A stretch of DNA of 64,000 bases, taken from Candidatus Aminicenantes bacterium (lineage in GTDB: Bacteria; Acidobacteriota; Aminicenantia; Aminicenantales; UBA4085). The translations under genes and the position numbers were made by a program. The stretch spans positions 139,487 to 203,486 of the forward strand of contig PLMN01000012.1 of assembly GCA_003141555.1 (NCBI GenBank), written 5' to 3'. Below the pieces are notes generated by a model. That model was not told the DNA's origin. It was given only the letters and a program-made list of their open reading frames with translations, and made no database searches. The first letter of the stretch is position 1, and each line of letters starts with the position of its first letter. Shown in pieces: positions 16,611 to 24,982 of the stretch.

Positions 16611-17234
16611 ATGCTGGAGAAGATCCAGGAAGCCTTGATGGCCGGCCGGAAAGCCGAAGTGGAGACCCTGGTGGACCAGGCGCTGGCGTCGGGCATCCCG
16701 ACCCGCCGGATCCTGAACGAGGGGCTGATCGCGGGAATGGAAAAGCTCGGGGTGCTGTTTAAAAACAACGAAGTCTTCATCCCCGAGGTCCTGGTGGCGG
16801 CCCGGGCGATGAATGCCGGCCTGACCAAGCTCGAACCCAACCTGATCAAGGAGAAGATCGAGCCCAAGGGGCTGGTGGTGATCGGCACGGTCAAAGGCGA
16901 TCTCCACGACATCGGCAAGAACTTGGTCGCCATGATGCTCAAGGGCGCGGGCTACAAGATCGTGGACCTCGGGGCGGATGTTTCTTCTGAGAAGTTCGTC
17001 GACGCCCTCCGGGCGAACAAGGCCGACATCCTGGCCCTGTCCGCGCTCCTGACCACGACCATGGTCCAGATGAAGACCGTGATCCTGGCCGTCCAAGGCG
17101 CCGGCTTGGGCGTTCCGATCATCGTCGGCGGCGCCCCCCTGACCCAGGATTTCGCCGACCAGATCGGGGCCCGGGGATACGCTTCCGACGCCGCGAGCGC
17201 CGTGGACATCGTCCACCGCCTGCTGGCCCGCTGA
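16611..17234 (+). CDS. Cobalamin-binding (corrinoid) protein: B12-binding_2 cap plus B12-binding Rossmann domain
   Basis: DxHxxG motif (DLHDIGKN). A GxxxSxL...GG-type B12-binding fold follows. GAGGAG RBS. Confidence 0.8.
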   Translation: MLEKIQEALMAGRKAEVETLVDQALASGIPTRRILNEGLIAGMEKLGVLFKNNEVFIPEVLVAARAMNAGLTKLEPNLIKEKIEPKGLVVIGTVKGDLHDIGKNLVAMMLKGAGYKIVDLGADVSSEKFVDALRANKADILALSALLTTTMVQMKTVILAVQGAGLGVPIIVGGAPLTQDFADQIGARGYASDAASAVDIVHRLLAR

Positions 17235-17309
17235 TCCGCCGCCTCCGTTTGCCCCTCCGCGGGGAGTGGGATTAGGATATTTTTCGATGAAACAGCGCCT
17301 CCCAAGGAG

Positions 17310-18170
17310 ATGGCCATGACGAACTTCCAACGGATCGGATTCATCATCGCGGTCTGCGCCCTGATAATTCCCGCGGCCGCCAAGGACAAGATCATCATCG
17401 AAAGCCGCCCGATGACGGTCCCCATCCAGGTCGACGGCAATCCGGCCGAATGGCCCCCGGAAAGCCTGGCCCTCGAGAAGGACGTCAACGTCAGCTATGC
17501 GTTCCAGAATAACGCCGCCAACCTCTATGTGCTCTTCCAGTTCAATGAGGCCAGATACGTGAGCTCGATCGAGGCGACGGGGCTGACGCTCTGGATCAAC
17601 AACGACGGAAAGGAAAAGAATAACTACGGTCTCCACTTCTACCGCAAGACCGTCCCGGCCGCGGAGCTGATCAGGATTCTGGAGAGCGACGGCCAGACCC
17701 TGACCGACGACAAAAAGAAGGAGTTCATGAGCCGGCCCCAATACATGATCTGGGCATCCGACGTCATCAACAAGAAGGGCGAAGCCATCCCGCATCCGGG
17801 CATCTCCGGCGGGACATTCCGCATGGCCAAGACCCCGAAGACCGTGGTCTACGAGCTCATCCTGCCCCTGGCTCTCCTGAGCGATCCCGGCGCCGAGAAG
17901 AAATGGGACGCGTCCCAGCCCCTCAAGGTCGGGTTCGAGTGGGGTGGGCTGACCGAGGAGATGAGAAGGGACCAGGCGGCCAATATCGGCGACCAGAGTG
18001 TTCGGGCGAGCGGCGGGGCGACCGATCTCGGCTCCGAGATCAGCGGCGGCGGCGGCGAGGGAGCCGGTTTCCGCGCTCCCGGCAGCTCGCTGGCCGGCAT
18101 GCGGGGCATCGCCTCCAAGTATAAGAAATACGATTTTTGGATCGACCTCAAGATCTTCCAGAGCAAGTAA
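17310..18170 (+). CDS. Secreted hypothetical protein (possible DOMON/CBM9-like N-terminal domain)
   Basis: Signal peptide. VQVDGNPAEWP motif. AAGGAG RBS. Confidence 0.5.
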   Translation: MAMTNFQRIGFIIAVCALIIPAAAKDKIIIESRPMTVPIQVDGNPAEWPPESLALEKDVNVSYAFQNNAANLYVLFQFNEARYVSSIEATGLTLWINNDGKEKNNYGLHFYRKTVPAAELIRILESDGQTLTDDKKKEFMSRPQYMIWASDVINKKGEAIPHPGISGGTFRMAKTPKTVVYELILPLALLSDPGAEKKWDASQPLKVGFEWGGLTEEMRRDQAANIGDQSVRASGGATDLGSEISGGGGEGAGFRAPGSSLAGMRGIASKYKKYDFWIDLKIFQSK

Positions 18171-18177
18171 TCATCAC

Positions 18178-18211
18178 GTCCTCGCTCGCGATTGTAGGCG
18201 CGAGCGAGGAC
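18178..18211. terminator. GC-rich perfect 13-bp stem hairpin between convergent genes, with no U-tract
   Basis: GTCCTCGCTCGCG attgtagg CGCGAGCGAGGAC. Confidence 0.4.
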
Positions 18212-18255
18212 GGCGGAACCTGATCGGACTGAAGCGTCCGCCCCTGCCGCCGCCG

Positions 18256-19173
18256 TCAGACGACGAGCGCGACGATCATCGCTCCGGCGAACGCCAGGGC
18301 TACCGCCGCGAGCTTCAAGGCGGTGATCTTTTCCTTGAGGAAGATCGCTCCCAGGATGAAGATGAAGACCGTGTTCAGCTGATTGAGTGCCGAGGCGATC
18401 GAGGCCTGGGCATATTTCATCCCCGCCAGCCACAACAGCATGGAACAGTAGGACGCCAGGACCGTGGCCGGCACAAGCAGGGCAATCGTCCGTCCGGAGG
18501 CGAGCGGTGCGAGCAGGGCCCGCCGCCGACGATGGACGGCGACCGCGAAGGCCAGCGAAACCGCGCCCGCGAGCGTCCGGACAAGCCCGGCCCAGACGAT
18601 GGAGTCGTCCGGCAGGAGCGGCTTCATGATGACAATCCCCACAGCTGAAAGGAGCATCGACAGGACGCCCAAGGCCAGGCCAGTCCGCAGGTCCCGGCGC
18701 GGGATCTGGGAATCGCCGCGCTGTCCGGAGATCAGGGCCACGGCCGCGACGATCAGGATGACGCCCCCGGCCTGGATGGGGGAGATTCGTTCGCCGAGGA
18801 CGAAGAACGACAGGACGATCACGAACGGGACGTACGAACAATCGACGATGGCCGTCAGCTCAGCGCCGAGCCTGTTCAGGGCGGCGAAGAGGATCGTGTC
18901 CGACAGGGCGATGCCGATGATGCCGCTCAGGACCATCAGGGCGTAGTGCCGGAACGGAAGCGGAGGGAAAAGCGGCAGGCCCAGGGCGGCGAGCGTGGCG
19001 AGGAGGAGAACGACGGCCAAGACGTTCTTGAACAGGCTTAGGGCATAGGGATGCACCGTCCGCCCGCACACCCGGAACAGGATGACCGCCACGGCCCAGA
19101 TCAGGGCGGACGCGGCCGAGAGCGTCTCCCCGGGATGGGGGAGGGTCCGGAGCGCCTGGACGATGTGGCCCAT
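18256..19173 (-). CDS. EamA/DMT family transporter
   Basis: Ten predicted TM helices and the two-EamA-domain architecture. Confidence 0.8.
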   Translation of the reverse strand: MGHIVQALRTLPHPGETLSAASALIWAVAVILFRVCGRTVHPYALSLFKNVLAVVLLLATLAALGLPLFPPLPFRHYALMVLSGIIGIALSDTILFAALNRLGAELTAIVDCSYVPFVIVLSFFVLGERISPIQAGGVILIVAAVALISGQRGDSQIPRRDLRTGLALGVLSMLLSAVGIVIMKPLLPDDSIVWAGLVRTLAGAVSLAFAVAVHRRRRALLAPLASGRTIALLVPATVLASYCSMLLWLAGMKYAQASIASALNQLNTVFIFILGAIFLKEKITALKLAAVALAFAGAMIVALVV

Positions 19174-19214
19174 GGGAATCGCCCCCTTATAGCAGAACGA
19201 CGGGTGAAATTAAA

Positions 19215-19255
19215 GGGACGGCCTTATTTTTTAGGAAAAAAATAGAACCGTCCCC
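19215..19255. repeat. Hairpin element sharing a 20-nt core with the element at 4594-4632
   Basis: The reverse complement begins GGGACGGTTCTATTTTTTTC, and 4594 begins GGGACGGTTCTATTTTCTTC. It sits between divergent genes, so it is not a canonical terminator. Confidence 0.35.
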
Positions 19256-19293
19256 ATTTTGACTTTGGCCGGACGTTCGTGTTTAATGGCCGC

Positions 19294-21399
19294 ATGCGGA
19301 TTTTCGGCCTGCACTGGGTCGACCTGAGCATCGTCGCCCTGTACTTCGTCGTCATGCTGGGCCTGGGCTTTTTCGCCCTGCGCCGGACGAAGACCGAGGG
19401 CGATTTTTACATGGCCGGCCGCCGGCTCGGCAAGTTCTACCAGTTCTTCCTCAACCTGGGTTGCTCGACGAACGCCGACCAGGCCGTGGCCGTGTCTCGC
19501 GAGATCTATCGCCAGGGGATCGGGGGGATGTGGATCCAGTACCTGGTCCTGTTCCTGACTCCGTTCTACTGGTTCACGACGGCCTTCATGCGCCGCTCGC
19601 GGCTCATCACCCTGGGCGATTTCTTCACGGAGCGCTTCCGGAGCAAATTCCTGGGAGGGGCGTTCGCCGTGTTCACCCTGATCATGGCCTTCGTCGGCGG
19701 GGGGGCGGGCTACATGATCGCGGGCAAGACGGTCATGGCCCTGACTCCGAAGCCCCTGGCCGAATGCACGGCCGAGGAGCGGCTGAGCGTTGATCGCTTT
19801 CGGGAATTCCAGAAGCTCAAGGCGGATCTGGACCGCGGACTGTCCGCCGAGGACCGGGCGCGCTACGACGAGTTGAACAACCTGGACAAGAAGGGCCAGC
19901 TCAAGTCCTTCATCTCCTATACCAACCCCGTCGTCGTCTACGTCGGCTTCGCCGTCATCGTCAGCATCTATACCATGATGGGCGGATTCTTCGCCGCGAC
20001 GCTGACCGACGTCGTCCAGGGGGTCCTCATCATCGTCTTCTCGGTGCTGCTCATCCCCCTCGGGCTGGCCCGGATCGGCGGCTTCGCCGGGCTCCACGCC
20101 CAGGTCCCCGACTACATGTTCAAGATCTTCGGCGCGGGCGCGATGTCGGAGTACGCCTGGTACACGATCCTGGCCATGGTCCTGGCGAACCTCGTCTCGA
20201 TCATCGCCTCGGCCCCCATGATGCAGACCGCGGGCTCGGCCAAGAACGAGATGACCGCCCGCTTCGGGATGATCATGGGCATGTTCACCAAGCGGGTCCT
20301 GATGATCTTCTGGGCGCTGGCCGGGCTGCTCGCGGTCGGCCTGTTCGCCGGGCAGCTCCACGATCCCGACCTGATCTGGGGCCTAATGACGCGCGAGCTC
20401 CTGTTCACCGGGGGGATCGGGCTGATGCTGGCCGGGGTCCTCGCGGCGAGCATGTCCAGCCTCGGCGCCTCGTCGGTGACGTATGCGGCCCTGTTCATCC
20501 GGAACATCTACCAGCCCCTCCGTCCGCGCCATTCGGAGAAGCACTTCATGGCCGTGGGCAAGGTTGTCGTGGCCGTCACCCTCCTCGGGGGGGTCGGGGT
20601 GGCACTCTTCATCGGGAACCTCCTCTATCTCTTCCAGTATTTCATCTCCCTGCCGGCCGTCTTCGGTGCCTCGATCTGGCTCGGCTTCCTGTGGCGGCGG
20701 CTGACGAAAACGGCGGTGATCGTCCAGATCCTGGTCTGCTTCATGATCTATGCCGTCGTCCCCAACGCCTTCCAGTCCTGGAACGCGGCCCGGACCAACT
20801 CCGCGTTTCTCCTGGAGACCCGGCCCCGGACCGTGGCCATCACGACCGAAGCCCTGGCCGATGATGTGGCCGCGGGCCGCGCGGCCCGGGTGGGGGAGCC
20901 GCTTCGCCGCGGGCACGTCATCGAGCCGGCGGCCGTTTTTTATGAGAAAGTGGCCCGCATCGATCCGGCCGATCCTGCTTCTCCCAAGATCGGCCTCGGC
21001 CGGTTCAACGCCGAGATCTGGGTCCTGAGCTGGCTTGGAATCGACTTTGCCGGCTGCACCAAGGCCCAGCTGAGCGCCGTGCGCTTCGGGTTCGACGCCC
21101 TGTTCCCGTTCATCCTGCTCTTCCTCTTGAGCCTCGTGACCAAGCCCGTGCCCCGGGCCGATCTCGACCGGTTCTTCGTCCGCATCCACACGCCCGTCCA
21201 GGCGACGCCCGAGCTTGACGAGCGGACCGTGCAGGAGGCCTACGCCGATCCCGACCGGTTCCGGGGGCGAAAGATCTGGCCGCGTTCCGCATGGGAAATC
21301 CTCAAACCGGGTAAATGGGACATCATCGGTTTCGGCGGGAGCTGGCTTCTCGTCGGCGTGATCATCGCCCTGCTTTGGCTCATGGTGACCATCCGATGA
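19294..21399 (+). CDS. Sodium:solute symporter family (SSF) transporter
   Basis: About 13 TM helices. SSF-like N-terminal region (GDFYMAGRRLG). An alternative GTG start at 19279 is possible. Confidence 0.8.
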   Translation: MRIFGLHWVDLSIVALYFVVMLGLGFFALRRTKTEGDFYMAGRRLGKFYQFFLNLGCSTNADQAVAVSREIYRQGIGGMWIQYLVLFLTPFYWFTTAFMRRSRLITLGDFFTERFRSKFLGGAFAVFTLIMAFVGGGAGYMIAGKTVMALTPKPLAECTAEERLSVDRFREFQKLKADLDRGLSAEDRARYDELNNLDKKGQLKSFISYTNPVVVYVGFAVIVSIYTMMGGFFAATLTDVVQGVLIIVFSVLLIPLGLARIGGFAGLHAQVPDYMFKIFGAGAMSEYAWYTILAMVLANLVSIIASAPMMQTAGSAKNEMTARFGMIMGMFTKRVLMIFWALAGLLAVGLFAGQLHDPDLIWGLMTRELLFTGGIGLMLAGVLAASMSSLGASSVTYAALFIRNIYQPLRPRHSEKHFMAVGKVVVAVTLLGGVGVALFIGNLLYLFQYFISLPAVFGASIWLGFLWRRLTKTAVIVQILVCFMIYAVVPNAFQSWNAARTNSAFLLETRPRTVAITTEALADDVAAGRAARVGEPLRRGHVIEPAAVFYEKVARIDPADPASPKIGLGRFNAEIWVLSWLGIDFAGCTKAQLSAVRFGFDALFPFILLFLLSLVTKPVPRADLDRFFVRIHTPVQATPELDERTVQEAYADPDRFRGRKIWPRSAWEILKPGKWDIIGFGGSWLLVGVIIALLWLMVTIR

Positions 21400-21427
21400 C
21401 GTCGCCGGACGCCGGGATGTCCCGCCC

Positions 21428-22480
21428 ATGATCGAGGGCCTTTCGCCGAAGCCCCACGTGGGCGACCTGACGCTCGACGAGCTTCGGTCGACGCTCGCCG
21501 CGCTCGGGGAGCCGGCCTACCGCGCCGACCAGGTATTCGGCTGGCTCTACAAGAAAGGGGCCGTGGACTTCGAGGCCATGAGCAACCTGCCCAAGGCTTT
21601 CCGGGCCAAGCTGGCCGGGGCCTTTCGGTGCGGGCCGCTCGAGGTCTTCGGCGTGGCCCGGGCCAAAGACCGGACGGAAAAGCACCTCTTTCGGCTGGCG
21701 GACGGGCCGTGCATCGAGACCGTGCTCATTCCGGCCGGCGATCGGATCACGATCTGCGTCTCGACCCAGGTCGGTTGCCGCCGGGCCTGCGCTTTCTGCG
21801 CCAGCGGCCGGAATGGCTTCGTCCGGAACCTCGCCCCCTCGGAGATCGTGGGCCAGGTGCTGCCTTTCCGGGCCGGGGAGGGCGCGGACGTGACCAATAT
21901 CGTCTTCATGGGGATGGGCGAGCCCTTCGACAACTTCGACAACGTGGCCCGGGCCCTGCGCATCCTCAACGCGCCGCAGGGATTGGGAATCGCGGCCCGC
22001 CGGATGACGGTCTCCACGGCCGGACTCATCCCGGGCCTCCTCCGTTTCAAGGAGCTCGATCTTCAGGTGAATCTGTCCATCTCGCTCCACGCCCCGACCG
22101 ATGCGGTCCGGGGCGAGCTCATGCCGGTGAACAAGAAGTATCCCCTGGAGAAGCTCATCGCCGCGGCCAAGGACTATAGCGCCGGCGGAGGGCGGAAGAT
22201 CACGCTCGAGTATATCCTCTTCCGCGGGATCAACGACCGGGTCCAAGACGCCGACGGCCTGGCCCGGATCGCGGCCCGCCTCAAGGCGAAGGTCAACCTG
22301 ATCCCCTACAGCCCCGTGAGCGGCCTGCCGTTCGAGCGCCCGGGCGAGGCCGAGATCCAGGCCTTCATCGGGCGGCTGGAACAGATCGGCACGCCGGTGA
22401 GCCTGCGCAGCTCCAAGGGCCGCGACATCCAGGCGGCCTGCGGCCAACTGGCCGGCGCATACTTGAAGGGGAACTCTTAG
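21428..22480 (+). CDS. rlmN: 23S rRNA (adenine2503-C2)-methyltransferase RlmN (radical SAM)
   Basis: CRRACAFC radical-SAM cluster motif. Overall RlmN/Cfr architecture. Confidence 0.9.
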   Translation: MIEGLSPKPHVGDLTLDELRSTLAALGEPAYRADQVFGWLYKKGAVDFEAMSNLPKAFRAKLAGAFRCGPLEVFGVARAKDRTEKHLFRLADGPCIETVLIPAGDRITICVSTQVGCRRACAFCASGRNGFVRNLAPSEIVGQVLPFRAGEGADVTNIVFMGMGEPFDNFDNVARALRILNAPQGLGIAARRMTVSTAGLIPGLLRFKELDLQVNLSISLHAPTDAVRGELMPVNKKYPLEKLIAAAKDYSAGGGRKITLEYILFRGINDRVQDADGLARIAARLKAKVNLIPYSPVSGLPFERPGEAEIQAFIGRLEQIGTPVSLRSSKGRDIQAACGQLAGAYLKGNS

Positions 22481-22481
22481 C

Positions 22482-23759
22482 TTATTTCTTTTCTAAAACC
22501 GCCAGCGTTTCGATGTGGGGCGTGTGGGGGAAGAAGTCGTATCCGCGGACGAGCGCGATCGCGTAAGCCGGCGCCAGCGCTTTCAGGTCGCGGGCCAAGG
22601 TCGTCGGATTGCACGAGAGATAGAACAAGCGGGCCGGCGGCGAGGCGAGCAGGCTCCGGACGATCTCCGGGCCGAGCCCTTTCCGCGGAGGATCGAAGAC
22701 CGCGGCGTCCATCCCCCCGGCGAGGAGAGGCGCCGCCCATTCCTCGGCCGGCCCCTCGTACATCTTGAAGTTGCGGACCTTGTTGCGCTCGATATTGCGG
22801 CGGAGGCAGGCGATGTTCGCCGGATCGGACTCGACGCCGTGCACCTCCCGGACCGCTGCGGCCAGGGCCAACCCGAAGGTTCCCAAGCCGCAATAGAGAT
22901 CGGCCAGGCGCTCGGTCCCCTCAAACCGGGCAGCCGCCGCGATATCGGCGATGACGCGCTCGAGAAGCGGCCTGTTGACCTGGAAGAAGGACCGTGCGCC
23001 GACGAGAAACTCCGTCCCCGCAACCCGGTCTTCGACCCAGCCTCGTCCCCATTCCGTGGCTTCGGCAAAAGCCCGGCCCTTTCGGCGCTGGGAGACGATC
23101 CCGACGAGCGGGGTCCGGCTGGAGAGTCCCGCGACGATACCGTCGATGTCGCGCCGGGCGGGGGAGCCGGACCAGAACAGATTGAGCAGGATCTCGCGTC
23201 CATTCTCGCCCTGCTTCGCCTCGACTTCGGCCAGGGACTGGAAATTCCCGGCGCGGACGATGTCCAGCAGGGCCTGAAGAAGCTCCGCGACCGGACGCGC
23301 GACGAGGCGGCAGTCGTCAACGGGGACGAGTTGGTTCCGCGAGCCCGGGACATTGTAGGCCAGTTGAACCGTTCCGCCGCTCCGCAGGACGGCGAAGCGG
23401 GCTTTGTTTCGATAATCCCAGATTTCGGGCGATGGGACGAATTCGAAGCCGGCCGCCGGAGTTTCGACCGTCCCGGCCAAGATCTCGGCGAGCTGTGCTC
23501 TCTTGACCTCGATTTGGGCCGCATAGTCCAGGGGCTGGTAAAGCGAACAGGCTCGATAGTGCGCGCAGCGGGGCGCGACGCGAGAGGGAGAAGGGCGCAC
23601 GATCTTCGTCGTGCGGGCTTCGAGATAATTCTTCCGGTCTCCGGCCGGCTCGGCTTCGACGATCTCCCCGGGCAGGCCCTCATCGGTGAAGACCACTTTC
23701 CCGTCCAGGACCGCCATGCTCCGGCCGGGGTAGACCAGCTTTTCGATGGTGAGAATCAT
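22482..23759 (-). CDS. rlmD: 23S rRNA (uracil-C5)-methyltransferase, RlmD/RumA family (TRAM plus MTase)
   Basis: Fe-S Cys motif (CAHYRACSLYQ). SAM-binding DLYCGLGTFG. C-terminal PPRKG and SCNPTT motifs. Confidence 0.8.
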   Translation of the reverse strand: MILTIEKLVYPGRSMAVLDGKVVFTDEGLPGEIVEAEPAGDRKNYLEARTTKIVRPSPSRVAPRCAHYRACSLYQPLDYAAQIEVKRAQLAEILAGTVETPAAGFEFVPSPEIWDYRNKARFAVLRSGGTVQLAYNVPGSRNQLVPVDDCRLVARPVAELLQALLDIVRAGNFQSLAEVEAKQGENGREILLNLFWSGSPARRDIDGIVAGLSSRTPLVGIVSQRRKGRAFAEATEWGRGWVEDRVAGTEFLVGARSFFQVNRPLLERVIADIAAAARFEGTERLADLYCGLGTFGLALAAAVREVHGVESDPANIACLRRNIERNKVRNFKMYEGPAEEWAAPLLAGGMDAAVFDPPRKGLGPEIVRSLLASPPARLFYLSCNPTTLARDLKALAPAYAIALVRGYDFFPHTPHIETLAVLEKK

Positions 23760-23764
23760 GGGCC

Positions 23765-24982
23765 TTACCCGGGCCGGGACGGGAACTGCCGATACCCGCG
23801 GAGGTCGATCCGGCCGGCGGGCCGGCTCCAGGGCGCGCCGATCTCGGAGGGGAGCTTCCCTTCCTCGTGGCATCGGCTGAAGGCATCGTCAAGGCCTTCG
23901 ACCCATCGACGCCCGCCCGCCGGTGACGGCTCGAACCGGACGAGCGCCTTCGGGAATTCGACGATGCCCGGCGCGGCGTCCTGCATGCCGTCGATGGCGA
24001 GCGCCTGGCCCAGGACGGCCTCCAATCCGCACACGGGCGCCGCGCCCGTATGGACGGCCGCGATCGCGTCCCATAGCTTTTTCAAGGGGTCGGCGTCCGG
24101 AGCGCCGTAGTTCCGCGCTCCGCCGTCGGAGAACGAGGCCAGGAGGTCGGATTTGCGGCCGTGGGCCGTGACTTCCCCGCGCTCGAATTCGTATCGGAGG
24201 ATGGGCCCCGCATCGGTCCGCGAAACATGGGACACGAGGAACAGGGCGGCGGCGCCGCCCTCGAGCCGGATGCGGACCGCGGCGGTGTCGAAATTGTCGA
24301 TGTCGTAGGCCCGGTAGAGTTCGGCTTCGAGCTCGATGGGCAGGGCGCATCCATCGACCTCCCGTCCGAGGACGTAAAAGATGTTGTGCAGGTCGTGGGC
24401 CATGGCGTTGTTGGCCGGGCTGTCCAGGATCCAGGCCCCGGCGGCATCGCGCCGTTTTCCCGCCCAGTCGTTGCGGCCGTAATAGGCGAAGTCGCGCGGC
24501 CACGTATACAGGCATCTCATCCGCTTGGCCGCTCCGAACCGGCCGCGCCGGATGTCGGTTTTCAAGGCCTGGACGGCGTCGCTCGACGACCACTGGAAGC
24601 CGACCGCCACCCAGAGGCCGGCGCGGTCGCGCGCTTCGATCATGTCCCGGATCTCCTGGACGGTGGCCGCGGCCGGCTTCTCGCAGAGGACGCGGCTGCC
24701 GCGCTCCAGGGCCAGGCGGGTCTGGGGCGCGTGGAATTGGATCGGCGAGGAGATGATGGCCAGCTCGGCCTCGTGCCTCAGGTAGAAGCTTTCGAGATCG
24801 GGGTAGACGGGGACATGGAGCTCTTTCAGCCGGGCGAGATGAGGCGAGCGCTCGGGGACGGGGTCGACCGTTCCTTCGAGGCGGAAGAGGCCTCCATCCC
24901 AAGCGTCAAGGAGAGCTTTGAGATACACGGCTCCCATGCCGCCGATTCCGGACAGCACGAGCGAAACCGGGGCGGGACTCAC
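23765..24982 (-). CDS. Gfo/Idh/MocA family NAD(P)-dependent oxidoreductase
   Basis: N-terminal Rossmann motif (LSGIGGMGAVYL). EKP motif (LCEKPAAAT). Confidence 0.8.
   Translation of the reverse strand: MSPAPVSLVLSGIGGMGAVYLKALLDAWDGGLFRLEGTVDPVPERSPHLARLKELHVPVYPDLESFYLRHEAELAIISSPIQFHAPQTRLALERGSRVLCEKPAAATVQEIRDMIEARDRAGLWVAVGFQWSSSDAVQALKTDIRRGRFGAAKRMRCLYTWPRDFAYYGRNDWAGKRRDAAGAWILDSPANNAMAHDLHNIFYVLGREVDGCALPIELEAELYRAYDIDNFDTAAVRIRLEGGAAALFLVSHVSRTDAGPILRYEFERGEVTAHGRKSDLLASFSDGGARNYGAPDADPLKKLWDAIAAVHTGAAPVCGLEAVLGQALAIDGMQDAAPGIVEFPKALVRFEPSPAGGRRWVEGLDDAFSRCHEEGKLPSEIGAPWSRPAGRIDLRGYRQFPSRPG

Noticed and set aside
17235-17309. Possible terminator CCCCtccgcGGGG after the corrinoid protein gene
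   Set aside because: Only a 4-bp stem, too weak to call.
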